From Octopus bimaculoides (taxonomy: Eukaryota), in NCBI RefSeq assembly GCF_001194135.2, contig NC_068983.1, forward strand, positions 147,469,946 through 147,533,945: DNA of 64,000 nucleotides, read 5' to 3'. The notes under the pieces are model-generated. The model was not told the origin of the DNA and searched no databases. It saw only the letters and a list, made by a program, of their open reading frames with translations. This document shows positions 25,863 to 39,940 of this stretch, one piece after another. Positions within the stretch are counted from its first letter, which is position 1. Every line of letters starts with the position of its first letter. Position numbers and translations under genes: made by a program.

Positions 25863-27828
25863 ATACATATATATATATACACACACACATATACATACAT
25901 GCATACGTACACATATACGTATGCATATATATATATANNNNNNNNNNNNNNNNNNNNNNNNNNNNNNNNNNNNNNNNNNNNNNNNNNNNNNNNNNNNNNN
26001 NNNNNNNNNNNNNNNNNNNNNNNNNNNNNNNNNNNNNNNNNNNNNNNNNNNNNNNNNNNNNNNNNNNNNNNNNNNNNNNNNNNNNNNNNNNNNNNNNNNN
26101 NNNNNNNNNNNNNNNNNNNNNNNNNNNNNNNNNNNNNNNNNNNNNNNNNNNNNNNNNNNNNNNNNNNNNNNNNNNNNNNNNNNNNNNNNNNNNNNNNNNN
26201 NNNNNNNNNNNNNNNNNNNNNNNNNNNNNNNNNNNNNNNNNNNNNNNNNNNNNNNNNNNNNNNNNNNNNNNNNNNNNNNNNNNNNNNNNNNNNNNNNNNN
26301 NNNNNNNNNNNNNNNNNNNNNNNNNNNNNNNNNNNNNNNNNNNNNNNNNNNNNNNNNNNNNNNNNNNNNNNNNNNNNNNNNNNNNNNNNNNNNNNNNNNN
26401 NNNNNNNNNNNNNNNNNNNNNNNNNNNNNNNNNNNNNNNNNNNNNNNNNNNNNNNNNNNNNNNNNNNNNNNNNNNNNNNNNNNNNNNNNNNNNNNNNNNN
26501 NNNNNNNNNNNNNNNNNNNNNNNNNNNNNNNNNNNNNNNNNNNNNNNNNNNNNNNNNNNNNNNNNNNNNNNNNNNNNNNNNNNNNNNNNNNNNNNNNNNN
26601 NNNNNNNNNNNNNNNNNNNNNNNNNNNNNNNNNNNNNNNNNNNNNNNNNNNNNNNNNNNNNNNNNNNNNNNNNNNNNNNNNNNNNNNNNNNNNNNNNNNN
26701 NNNNNNNNNNNNNNNNNNNNNNNNNNNNNNNNNNNNNNNNNNNNNNNNNNNNNNNNNNNNNNNNNNNNNNNNNNNNNNNNNNNNNNNNNNNNNNNNNNNN
26801 NNNNNNNNNNNNNNNNNNNNNNNNNNNNNNNNNNNNNNNNNNNNNNNNNNNNNNNNNNNNNNNNNNNNNNNNNNNNNNNNNNNNNNNNNNNNNNNNNNNN
26901 NNNNNNNNNNNNNNNNNNNNNNNNNTATATATGCATACATATATAAAGTAGCGGGAGCCATGAGATTTATGTTTTAAAACTGTGGAAGCGTGATGCAGAT
27001 ACACACACACACACTTACACACACACACACACACATACACACACACACACACTTTTACTCCCTCTCCCTCTCTCTCACTCACAATCTCTCACTCATACCC
27101 ACTCTCTCTCTCGCACACATACGGACTCACACACATGCATATATACACACACCCATACACTCACATAGACACACATACACACTCATATGTATATAGTGGC
27201 ACATACAGCAAGATAGTGGGGGCTGTGAGAGTGATAGAGGTAACAGGGAGGGAAAAGAGGTAAGAAGGTGAGGTCGTCAGTGTGACAAATGATGGAGGAA
27301 GAGATGTATACACATCATCAATCATGTCCCTAAACATAAGTGGGCGAAAGAGATTGAGAAAGAGAAAGATTAATAGATGGATGACAGTAGAGAGAGAAAG
27401 AGAGAAAGAGAGAGAGAGAATAATGGGTATTGTAACATTTGCATATATTTGTCTCCATTTTCCCATTATTTCTCCCATTATAAATTCAACCGTGGAAAGA
27501 GTTATTCTATGGAACATCCTTCATTCTTTTACCGGAAGTGATCCAGTGTACAGCGGAAACCAAGGTCAGTTATATAAAATTACATAAAAAAACTGCACCA
27601 GCATCGCCGTTTTCACTACGACCGCTTGACTATAACCGTCGCAAACACCAAAGACATTTCCATGACACATTTCCACAACTAACACACCATCGCTAACATA
27701 TTTCCACGACCACTAAACTTTATCTATACAAATATCACTGTCTTGTACAACGGCACTACACTGTTGCCTATACAAATAAAAACTCACTCATTTCCACGAC
27801 CACTATACCATTACCTATACAAACATGT

Positions 27829-28150
27829 GTGAAGGCGCATGGCTCGGTGGTTAGAGCAATGGGTTTACAATCATGAGCTTGAGAGTTCGATTACCGGACC
27901 GGGCTGTGTGTTGTGCTCTTGGGCATGACACTTTATTTCACGCTGCTGCAGTTCACTCAGCTGCAGAAATGAGTTGCGACGTCACTGATGCCAAGCTGTA
28001 TCGGTCTTTGCCTTTCCCTCGGACAACATCGGTGGCGTGGAGAGGGGAGGCTAGTATGCATGGGCGACTGCTGGTCTTTCACGAACGACTTTACTCGGAA
28101 GGAAACTTTCTGGGTGCAATTTCATGATCATTCGTGACCGAAGGGCTCTT
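27829..28150 (+). mobile_element. Full-length tRNA-derived SINE with a 13-bp target-site duplication
   Basis: A-box-like TGGCTCGGTGG and B-box-like GAGTTCGATTA. TATACAAACATGT is repeated at 27816-27828 and 28151-28163. Confidence 0.88.
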
Positions 28151-30559
28151 TATACAAACATGTACACCTTTACAATTTTTCATTCCTTTATAAGCATTAC
28201 CGAACTCTACTGTGACTTAGTTCTGCACACTCAACAAAATCATTATAGCCATTATCACCATTAGAAAAATTAATCTCTATCATTACCATTTTACCAACAT
28301 TGCCACTACCAACATCAACATTGCTAAACACGATTCGATGAGGCGGTCCATTACATGATCGCCTAGAAATCTCATCCAACCGTCAAAAAATCGTAAAATC
28401 TCATCCAACTGTCATAAAGTGAAGGAGATATGTATATCCAACCTCGACTACATTATAGATTAACGAAATACTTGTCATCTCGACTTAAATACCTTTGATC
28501 ATAGGTTTGTTCAACCAGAGCAGTCCCGGGGAAAAATAATATAACAATGCATTACGAAACAAAAACAAAACTACTGCTTATGTCATTTTGAAGTTGAACA
28601 GCTAGATCCAATACCAAACTGAAACAGCAACCTGCTCCCCATTACTTTTGATATCAACATTCTTTTAGCAGAAACAATCTTATCTAAGTTATCACATCAC
28701 TACCGTCTCTATTAACACAACTATGACCATTCATCACCAGAAACAACCTATATACACCTCTTTTGAACTTGAATCTATATCATAGATCTATAAAACAAAT
28801 ACACAGCTTTATGTGCTGATATCATCAATCATGTGTTGTAGTGTTCCGAGAATGCAGCTGCACAACTATTTCTGTCTTTCATGAACCATCTAAAAAATTT
28901 GTCCTCTAACAACCGGACGGAAATTAGCATCTACCAAATCTACAACTCTCTCTTTACAAAGCAACACAGAGGAACATCAAATGCAAGCGACCATCACACT
29001 CAACAACATAAATATACATTAGACACAAAGCAAAATATATTATTTACGATTACTCTACAATATTTACATAACACATAGAAACCATAGAACTAAAAGCAAA
29101 ACTATACTTTGGAGTCCTCTCAAAGCTTGCCCTACTCTTATCTGCATTCTTTTCATAACAAACATATAAAGAATAAAAGTACTGAAACATAAAAAACCGA
29201 TTGATGCACAGTTATTATTGCAGAAATCTCCAGCCCAATCATTACTTAAATTATCCCATCATGAAAGCACAGCTACACCCTATAAATATTGTAAAACACC
29301 CCCACTAGAAGAAAAACTATCGATTGCCACCAATCCAGGCACACACAGGCGTGCGCAAAAATAGTAACAGCTTCAATGAACTGACTTTCCTCAGACACTA
29401 TGTTGGGATGCACTTCTTCAATGGTAAGCGGAGGTATAACAACTGTTGTGTACTAAGCGAGCCTACCTGGTTCATTTCTGCTATGGTCAACACCAGTATA
29501 ACAGAACGGATATTGAATAATAAAGCTACATGTCCAATCTGTTGCGTTGCATCTCGAAGAGAATGGATCAACAAGTAACCCTGAATCATTCGACTGATGG
29601 CTTCATGTCATATATTTACTTGATCAGAGCTGACCTGGATCCAAATGGCAATATCAGCAACATCATCATATACTTTAGTAACTGCTCTTTCATGCTACCA
29701 TCATAAAACCAGTGTATTATTACCAAAACCTTGATAATGACAACCACCAACATCACTATCCCTACTACTATCATCGACTACTGAAAATACAACAATTGTG
29801 TCCCTCACTGTAGCCAAACCCACAGCAAGAACAATCAAACATAATCAGCCAACTAGAACTTTTCTCAGAATGACAAGGTCAATGACCAAACTAGCAATTA
29901 ACAACAATAGCTTAAACCCATTGAGAGCAATCCATGCCTCCATTCCTCAAATTCTCTTACAAATCCTTCCACAAAAAATTTAGAAACATCTTATTACTGG
30001 TTTTAAGCTATCTTGAAAAATAGAGGCACAACAGAAATTAAACCACATTGGAATGAAATGAGTCAAGTATTTCGTTTCATTCTTATACGTTCCGAGTTCA
30101 AATCCCATTGGTTTGAAGACTACTTTTATCAGTTTGGCCTTCATAAAAATTCAAATTTAAGTCTTTCATTTGCATTAACTGAACAGAGATTTTTGTGTAT
30201 CAAGAACGTGATTCAATGTTTCCTACGTTCCTTAAGATATTAAAGTGCCAGTTGAGGAAATTTGGCGCCTAATAAAGCAGACTGAGTGAGCAGGTAAAGA
30301 CTCTTTGTTGGATCGTGAGTAGTAGTTAAATAGAAATGGGATACCCAAATAAGTTTGTAATAATGTGATGCACACACACGCACATACACACACACAAACA
30401 CACACACATAAATATATGTGGGTACGTGTGTAAAACTTATGCATACACAATTATATATATATATATATCAAATAATAAGCAACACGGATTTCAAAAGTGA
30501 TTGCAGTACGCACGTTTCATGCTACTTCAATTTATTTAAGTAATGTGAGCATTACCTTA

Positions 30560-30660
30560 AATGCAATATGAAGAGCAATCTTCAGCTGCACGAAAATGCA
30601 GAAAAAATGCAGAAAAAAATGCATTTTCGTGCAGCTGAAGATTGCTCTTCATATTGCATT
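30560..30660. repeat. Perfect 41-bp inverted repeat with a 19-nt loop, ending at an assembly gap
   Basis: AATGCAATATGAAGAGCAATCTTCAGCTGCACGAAAATGCA (30560-30600) and its exact reverse complement (30620-30660). Confidence 0.95.
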
Positions 30661-31376
30661 NNNNNNNNNNNNNNNNNNNNNNNNNNNNNNNNNNNNNNNN
30701 NNNNNNNNNNNNNNNNNNNNNNNNNNNNNNNNNNNNNNNNNNNNNNNNNNNNNNNNNNNNNNNNNNNNNNNNNNNNNNNNNNNNNNNNNNNNNNNNNNNN
30801 NNNNNNNNNNNNNNNNNNNNNNNNNNNNNNNNNNNNNNNNNNNNNNNNNNNNNNNNNNNNNNNNNNNNNNNNNNNNNNNNNNNNNNNNNNNNNNNNNNNN
30901 NNNNNNNNNNNNNNNNNNNNNNNNNNNNNNNNNNNNNNNNNNNNNNNNNNNNNNNNNNNNNNNNNNNNNNNNNNNNNNNNNNNNNNNNNNNNNNNNNNNN
31001 NNNNNNNNNNNNNNNNNNNNNNNNNNNNNNNNNNNNNNNNNNNNNNNNNNNNNNNNNNNNNNNNNNNNNNNNNNNNNNNNNNNNNNNNNNNNNNNNNNNN
31101 NNNNNNNNNNNNNNNNNNNNNNNNNNNNNNNNNNNNNNNNNNNNNNNNNNNNNNNNNNNNNNNNNNNNNNNNNNNNNNNNNNNNNNNNNNNNNNNNNNNN
31201 NNNNNNNNNNNNNNNNNNNNNNNNNNNNNNNNNNNNNNNNNNNNNNNNNNNNNNNNNNNNNNNNNNNNNNNNNNNNNNNNNNNNNNNNNNNNNNNNNNNN
31301 NNNNNNNNNNNNNNNNNNNNNNNNNNNNNNNNNNNNNNNNNNNNNNNNNNNNNNNNNNNNNNNNNNNNNNNNNNNN

Positions 31377-31410
<34 letters not shown>

Positions 31411-31896
31411 CATATGATGATATCTCCACAGTGTATTGATGGAATAAACATGTAATCGCTACCAAAATAACAAGAGATTTCTCCAAAGGTCTAAAGTAGA
31501 CTCCTTATGGATCGATCTCCTTGGTTATATATCAAAAATTTATATGAGAGTTTTGACGCTAGTATCCATTATTATTGAAGTTTATTACCTATGTCAACAT
31601 TTCTGTATAAGGCTATATTAAACTGTCAAATTCAAGTTAAATAAATAAATTACCTTACACATCTTCAGGGTAAAAGGTACATACAACAACAATATCACAG
31701 TAAAATTTGCTTGAGTTATTGCCTATTCAAATTTTTTCCTTAGCTGCAATATTTTAAGTAAAAAGTTTCTTGTTCTGTACTTTACCAGATGTAATAAGTT
31801 GTCCTCAAGTTTTTCAAGTGTAATAACTTGTCCTGCAATTTTCCAGGTTTATAATCTTAAGAAATATTCTTTCTCTTGCTCGCATTTTTCCATGTA

Positions 31897-31933
<37 letters not shown>

Positions 31934-31939
31934 CTAAAA

Positions 31940-32640
31940 CAACAGCTCTGTTTCATGTATTGTGGATGTGATATATCTCGACTTTGCCAAGCCTTCGATA
32001 AAGTTAGTTATAGAATGATATGCTCTTAACTGTGTGACTTGGGCATTATTGGAAATAATGTTTCGTATCATTTTAAAACATTGAAGTCAGTCAGTAGCAG
32101 CCATCGGCGCTCTCTTTTAGGAGATATCAATTCGTAGCAGAGTCCCTCAGGGAACTGTTCCGAGACAACTACTTTTTGCGGCGGCTGTCCCAGACATGCC
32201 TCCACATATACAATCAGCTTCTCTCACCGGTGATAATGATGATGGTGCAAGCAGTCCAAAATGATCTTGATGGTAATGCAAAACTACAGAAAGGCTTGAA
32301 TATAATATATACAAGCAGGTTGGGAAAATCAACTTGCAGTTCAATTCTAAAAAAGTTTTAAGCAGGTTAGAATCAGACACCACAGGACCAGGGGTTATTG
32401 AAAATCACAACCAGCGCCCGATCTGGGAAACCACAGGAGCGACGATACATCATTTCGTGTTCGGAATACTAAGATGGCAACAGTGTGCAGGAGACTGATT
32501 GACTCAATTCTGGGATCATTCTGAATCAGTAAAAAATCGTGTTGGTCCTGTGGAGTATATGTTTTCAGTCGCCTGGACTAATGATCCCAATTATGCTCGT
32601 GAAATAGTGTCAATCTGCCAGCGACGCTCAAGAGGTTCGA
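31940..32640 (+). mobile_element. Decayed CR1/L2-type LINE reverse transcriptase remnant
   Basis: VDVIYLDFAK(A)FDKV at about 31962-32003 with a 1-nt deletion, PQGTV at about 32145, and LQKGLNIIY (LQxDLxxIxxW-like). Confidence 0.8.
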
Positions 32641-33706
32641 CCATTAGTATTGTTGTAAAAAAATAAAGGCTAAATGTGTCTGATTCTTTTTTTTATTTTA
32701 GCAATTAACATCAACGGAGTTAGAATGTCTAGTATTATATAATAGAGACACTTGTCGACTGTACGAAAAAAGGAGGTTTTTGATACTTTATCAACACCAC
32801 TACCACTACCACCACGACCATCATCATCATTAGCTGCAGCAGCAGCAGCAGCAGTAGCAGTACCAGTGGTAGTAGTGGTTATAATAGTAATAGTAAGATC
32901 CGAAGCATTCATGAAATGGTGCGGGTATTTAAATCCATCTACTCGCAGACGCATCCATAATACATACATACATACAAACATACATACATTACATTCATCC
33001 ATCCGTCCATCCATCAATACATCCATACATACATACATACATACATACATACATACATACAAACATACATACATACTTACATACAAACATACATACATTA
33101 CATTCATCCATCCGTCCATCCATCAATACATACATACATACATACATACATACATACATACATACATACATACAAACATACGTATGTATGCATGTGCGTA
33201 TATTTACGCCTTTATCTTTTTGCCCAATCAACTCTTTATTCCAGCATTCATTCATTCCTACATACATAGAAAGATACACACATACACATATACGTACATG
33301 CACACATACATATGGCGTAGATAACCGCTTCTGCAGATAAATCTAGTTACAGGTATATTCTTCTACAGATCCAGCAATCCATCTATTGTTTAGCAATCCA
33401 TGCATGTAAACATCCACCCGCTATTTGTTTGTCTATTCAGGCGTCCATTTATCTATCCATACCTGCAAGCATAAATCGTTATGACCCCACCCCTCCTCTA
33501 TGGCTACTTGCGCCAGTTTAAATAATTTTTCCATTAATCCATTCGACCGTCAATTGAACGCCTTCCAGTCTCCGTCCATTCATCCATCAACAATCCATCC
33601 ATTAATTCATCCATCTTACTAACTGACCAGCCAACCCACCGAGCGGCAAGCTAAAAAACTTACCTGCCAGCAAGTCAGCCAGCCAGACAGACACAGATAG
33701 ACAGGC

Positions 33707-33741
<35 letters not shown>

Positions 33742-33955
33742 CGCGCGCGCGCACACAAGTAACAAGCAAGGTCTTGCAAAAGAGACACGGAAAGGTGTAT
33801 ATAGAAAATTGTTGATGTAGAACGGGTCTGACTGTAAAAACATTGTTTCCGTATTATTGCATTTGGTTGGATACACAAATAGACAACATAAACAGGAAGT
33901 AATAAACGGAATTAAAAAAAAACAAGTACAAACAAATAGAACCTATATGTGTGTA

Positions 33956-33995
<40 letters not shown>

Positions 33996-34118
33996 CATAT
34001 ATATACATATGTGTGCATGTGTGTGCATGTGTGTGCACGTATATAGGTACGTACACGTACACTTTTATGTAAATGTAAATATGTATGTGTGTGTGCATAT
34101 ATGTATGTATGTATGTAC

Positions 34119-34165
<47 letters not shown>

Positions 34166-34814
34166 NNNNNNNNNNNNNNNNNNNNNNNNNNNNNNNNNNN
34201 NNNNNNNNNNNNNNNNNNNNNNNNNNNNNNNNNNNNNNNNNNNNNNNNNNNNNNNNNNNNNNNNNNNNNNNNNNNNNNNNNNNNNNNNNNNNNNNNNNNN
34301 NNNNNNNNNNNNNNNNNNNNNNNNNNNNNNNNNNNNNNNNNNNNNNNNNNNNNNNNNNNNNNNNNNNNNNNNNNNNNNNNNNNNNNNNNNNNNNNNNNNN
34401 NNNNNNNNNNNNNNNNNNNNNNNNNNNNNNNNNNNNNNNNNNNNNNNNNNNNNNNNNNNNNNNNNNNNNNNNNNNNNNNNNNNNNNNNNNNNNNNNNNNN
34501 NNNNNNNNNNNNNNNNNNNNNNNNNNNNNNNNNNNNNNNNNNNNNNNNNNNNNNNNNNNNNNNNNNNNNNNNNNNNNNNNNNNNNNNNNNNNNNNNNNNN
34601 NNNNNNNNNNNNNNNNNNNNNNNNNNNNNNNNNNNNNNNNNNNNNNNNNNNNNNNNNNNNNNNNNNNNNNNNNNNNNNNNNNNNNNNNNNNNNNNNNNNN
34701 NNNNNNNNNNNNNNNNNNNNNNNNNNNNNNNNNNNNNNNNNNNNNNNNNNNNNNNNNNNNNNNNNNNNNNNNNNNNNNNNNNNNNNNNNNNNNNNNNNNN
34801 NNNNNNNNNNNNNN

Positions 34815-35118
34815 GTGTCTGTGTCTCTGCTTGTCCCCCAACATCGTTTGACAACCGATGTGTGTTCGTGTGTTATGTATGCCGTGGCGGTCGACGGCTA
34901 AGGTGGTGGTGGTGGTCGTCGTCGTCAGTGGTATGGAGCACGAGTGCGTGTGCCGATCGACGCAAGAACGCGATGCGATCTCTGCCCAGTGTTCCGAAGT
35001 AAAGAAATTGGACGAAGCGCGGGCAAACGGCGTAAAGAATAATCCCAAGAGTTGATTTCTCCGACTAAAGGCGGTGCTCCAGCATGGCTGCAGTTAAATG
35101 ATTGAAATAAATAAAAGA
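34815..35118 (-). mobile_element. SINE (TACTCTTTTACTTGTTTCAGTC family) whose middle is replaced by unrelated GC-rich sequence
   Basis: Both ends align with the reverse complement of the copy at 44116-44335; 34861-35032 does not align well. Confidence 0.75.
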
Positions 35119-35846
35119 ATGCATACATACTCACATGCGCATACACATACACGCACACGCACAAAGCGTTTAGATGCAGGTTTAATTGTATATCCCATCC
35201 TTTGTCTCTTGTTTCTCTTGTCTCCTTGTTTCTCCATATAGATAAGTATACAGTCATTCATACATACACACATACATACATACATACATACATACATACA
35301 TACATACATACATACACATATGTATGCATTCTTATGTATGTATGGATTCATGTATGCATGTATGTATTTGTGTCTGTATGTATTTTGCGTTTAGATAGAT
35401 TTCGTAAATGTTCGCATATTTATCAAGACATTGATGTAAGTGAAGTGTTTAATATTCAACTTCAATAATTGGATGTCATCAAACGAGGAGAAATTGTGAG
35501 TGGGAAGGAAATTCCAGGAGGCTGGTGTGATGTTTTGGTGAGGGAGGATAAAGAAAACGTGTTTAATGCGGGATCTGGAATATGGGTTATATAACAGGTT
35601 TAGAATAAAGAGATAAAAAGCAAGGGAGGCCTTGAGTTGAGAAAGTATGTAACCGACTAGTTCTCAGAAATAGTTGCCACTGGAGTTGTGGTAAAAAAGT
35701 CAAAGTTAGGGGAAGCTTCATCATAGCCTAAAGGCGATAATGTAGTTTTGGTAAATGGAAACTTGTCATTTTGCCTTATGGTTTCCTAGGATGCTTTTTG
35801 TTTAAAGAAGAAGTGCTGACGCTGCCCTTGTTGTATTTATACAAGA

Positions 35847-36165
35847 GTGAAGGCGCGTGGCTTACTTGTTACGGCATTTGGGTCACGATCGCAAGATCGT
35901 GAGTTGAATTCCCGTCACATCTTGATCTTCAGCAAGACATTTTATTTCATGTTACTCCAGTCCATTCAGCTGGCAAAAATGAGCTGTACTATATTTCAAA
36001 GAGCCAGCCTTGTCGCATCCTGTGTCACGCTGAATCACCATAAGAACTACATTAAAGGTACGCGTGTCTGAGGAGTGCTAGGTCACTTGGACGTTAATTC
36101 CATTAGCAAGTTGTTCCGTTGATCGGATCAGCTGGAACACTTGTCGTCGCAACCGGTGGAGAACT
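35847..36165 (+). mobile_element. tRNA-derived SINE
   Basis: The GTGAAGGCGCGTGGC head and GAGTTGAATTCCCG B-box resemble 27829-28150. Minus-strand relatives lie at about 40488-40680, 44375-44539, 55399-55776, 59200-59501 and 60690-60860. Confidence 0.75.
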
Positions 36166-38218
36166 AGTGAGGAGAAAGATATATGATGATGTGGAAGGTA
36201 ATGAATTCGAAGAGACAATACAGCATTAGACAAAATGCTTTGAGATATTTAGTTGAAGCTCTTCATGCTCTGGGCTAAAATCCTGCTAAGGTCAGCGTTG
36301 CCGTTTTTCCTTCAGGGTACGATAAAATAAAGTACGGCTCAAGTAGTGGGGTCGATATCACTCGACTATAGCATACCAGCAAATCAAGCGACTATAGCAC
36401 ACCAACAAATGTATGTTAGAAATCAACACAAAGTGTGTAACCATGGTTACCTGTTTAAAAAGAGACCGATCATAGGTCTGTATGGGAAAACAAATAAAAG
36501 GCATACGATATGCTTCATTTTTGCATTGTGTCACTTCATAAGCATTCTCAGATGCAGTTTCTTGACACTTTCGTCTGACAACGTAGGATTTTCTCAAGGA
36601 TATTTAGTTTAGCGGGAATTTGTCGCAGAACTTTGCATCTATCCTCATATCTGAAACTTTTGTCAACTTCTACCTGAAACGGATAAAAGTCAGCCATTTA
36701 AGCAGGCCCATCTAGTATTTCTATTTACATGTCTTGCTTGAACATTTTGGAAATCCTTAGTCTGATGCACTATGCTGTTATTCGGACCATAAAATGCTTC
36801 GTTTCATTAGACCATTACGCATTCTATTCATGTTGTACCAAGCAGAGATACAGCTGTTCTTAATTTTATTATCCACCAACTACCAATATGGCAGTATAAC
36901 GATGAAGTCTCAATGCGGTTGCTAAACGTGCTAGAAAAAGTAACTTATATCCATGAAAGCCCTTCTTACTCTCATAAGAAATTATGCACATTTTGGACAA
37001 TGTAGTCAATGATATATATATATATATAACGATGGTCTTGTGTGAACGATGTTGATTAAAAGACTACGAGATCGTAGAAGAAGCGCTTATGAAAATTACT
37101 GAGAACCCTTATTTGAAACCTGTAGACATCAAAGCTTTATTTTCAGCCCCACTTCTTGACTATGATTTTTGTGTCAAGTAAACAAGAAATCCTTTTAAAA
37201 ACCAGTGTATCGTATCATCTGAGTATCCCTCTTATAAGCCTTGTCTTAAAGTATTTACTTTTGAGTGGTAAACCTTATCCGTCGACCGGTTTAACAACGC
37301 TAACTTACTCTTCGGTGTTTTTAACAAAGTTTATTCTGTTACTAGTAGCTGGAAATGGTATGTGATCTAAAGTTAGCCAAACCTGTCAACCCTTTCTCCT
37401 ACCGGACAAAACGATTATGATACTGTCCTGCTTCCTCTGATTAAACTATAAAAAGATTTGAACTGACAACTGAGTTATAGTCTCGATTTTTCTGATGGTA
37501 GGAGGTTTGTGGAATCAATATTCAACCAGCAGAAATGCGTAAAATTTACAAAGAGTCTTTCTGTGATGATATCAACTCCTTGTACATTACTGGTACTTGT
37601 AGCATTCAAACACTTAAATGAAATATGCAATGTGTCTTCTTTGTTTTTTGTTTGTTCATTTTTTTTTGTCACGGTGATAAGCTATATTTCATAATACATT
37701 GTTGCAGCAAGGTGAACTGCAATATTTTGAGATAAGCACCTTAGCAATGGACGCTTGAAAATACACATGATGAAATACACGTACCGGTTATTGACTGTTC
37801 AACTGGTAGCTCACCATCCAACCAATTACGTCATCTGTACCTCTCCTTCCAATTTACTTGTCTATGTACACTGCTTCTCTTTAATAATCAATGGCGAGTG
37901 AAATGTTAAATCAACTATGACAAGATGCATCAAACGCTTTATTAAAACATTAAAGTTCTGAAGCCACTTATCCAATTCAGTCTCCAGCATAATCGAACTA
38001 TCACGTGTTTCAGTATGCTTTGATAATTTCAGTTTCCAATAAACCACGGAGTAAATAGTTGAGTGAACATAGTATGACTGATAAGGTCGATTTTGCCTTT
38101 TATCCTTTCGGAGTCGATAAAAAAAAAAAAAAGGTACCAATTTGAGCACTGAGGTCGATGTAATGACTTATCTCGTCCCAGCATGTAATTGTTGACCTTG
38201 TGCGAAAATTTGAAGTCA

Positions 38219-38320
<102 letters not shown>

Positions 38321-38321
38321 G

Positions 38322-38515
38322 CATTTTGCTTTACTTGTTTCAGTCTTTGGATTGCGGCCATGTTAGGATACTGCGTTGAAGGATTTTGTGGAACAAGCTG
38401 ACCCCAGTACTTATTTTTAAGCATTGTGTTCTCTCTCTTTTTGCCGAACCGCTAATTACGGGAACGTAATCAAACTAATACCGATTGACAAGTGTAGGTG
38501 CAAGACACACACACA
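38322..38515 (+). mobile_element. SINE (TTTTACTTGTTTCAGTC...GCGGCCATG family)
   Basis: Collinear with 44116-44335. Confidence 0.75.
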
Positions 38516-39766
38516 CTCTCATATATAGGCACACAGATACACACACACACACATACACATACAAACTTACACACGAAGACCCTTCCCCCCCAATTTTTGG
38601 TACTTGGTTCTCTTTCGCTTTCTTTCTTTCTTTCCTTCTTTCTTTCTTGCTTTCTTTCTCTTTTTCTCTTTCTCTTTCTCTCTCTTTTCTCTCTCTTTTC
38701 TCTCTCCCCCCCTTCTCTCTCCCCCCCTTCTCTCTCTCTCTCTCTCTCTTTGCCTTCATTAAAAAGTACGAATATTTAACAAGGACATTGGTATGCAGTT
38801 TTGATTATTAAGACAGATCAAAAGATTAGATGTGACAGGGTAAAGACACCACATGATGATAGCATTAGATCACTAAAAGAGAATGATGGATACAAGAATC
38901 TAGAGGTGTAACAAGATGATAAAATAATGGAAAGAGAGTTGAAAAAGAGTGTCAAAAGTGTGCATAAAAATACCTGAAACAAAACTACTAAAAGACATGT
39001 GAGCTTGCCAGAGTCGAGATACACTGTTCATTCTTTTACAGTGTACAAATACAGTACTATATTATTTCTATAGAAGAACTGGGCAGTTTCTGATAATGCG
39101 TAACGCATGAAACTACAGTAATCTCGCTTACGACAAAGGGAGGAAAATAGAGCATCGTTAAATATACTATCCATAGAAGACATTATTTGATTTCCTTTTG
39201 AAAACCGTTTAATTCGGAAACATAACGAGGAAAAGATTTATGGGATTTCTCCGTAGAGATTGGTAATACTATTGAATTAAAAAAAGACCAGATATGTATG
39301 GCTGACAGAAAAGCCACACGCGCGCGAGCACGCACGCACACACACACACTCACACACACACGCACACGCACACGCACAAACCCCACCACCACCACCACCA
39401 CACACACACACACGCACAAACCCCACCACTACCATACACACGTATATCGACACGCAGAAGCAGAAACGAATAAATAAATAAATAAATAGATAGATTTGGC
39501 TATCTTAAGATCAGATACCAGATTATAATTAAATTATTTTCAACAGATGTTTAATAAGGAATAAACATAATTAATTTTAGAATCATGCAATTAAAATACA
39601 TAAGATGAATTTAAATAAAAATTTGTTTTAAACGCTGCTTATCCGAATCATACTACAGGCTATGTTAGCCATAAGCGGTTATTGGTTTAGATATGAAACG
39701 GGAAGACTCAAAAATATATGATATGATACCTATATANNNNNNNNNNNNNNNNNNNNNNNNNNNNNN

Positions 39767-39803
<37 letters not shown>

Positions 39804-39894
39804 CTTATATAAATATATGTATATATATGTGTATATATACATTATTTACATTATCTACCTTTGACAGATATTTGCCCGCATCTTGTTTGTTGTT

Positions 39895-39940
39895 AACACA
39901 ACGTTTCGGCTGATTTACCCTCCAGCCTTCATCAGGTGTC
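39895..39940 (-). ncRNA. Minimal type I hammerhead ribozyme with an intact core (Penelope-pLTR type)
   Basis: Minus strand: GACAC-CTGATGA-A-GGCTG-GAGGGTAAAT-CAGCC-GAAAC-GTT-GTGTT. Stem I is GACAC/GTGTT, stem II is GGCTG/CAGCC, helix III is the palindromic AACGTT, and the cleavage triplet is GUU. Confidence 0.8.

Noticed and set aside
27829-27900. Possible tRNA gene
   Set aside because: The A/B boxes continue into a SINE body with a TSD, and there is no complete cloverleaf; it is a SINE head.
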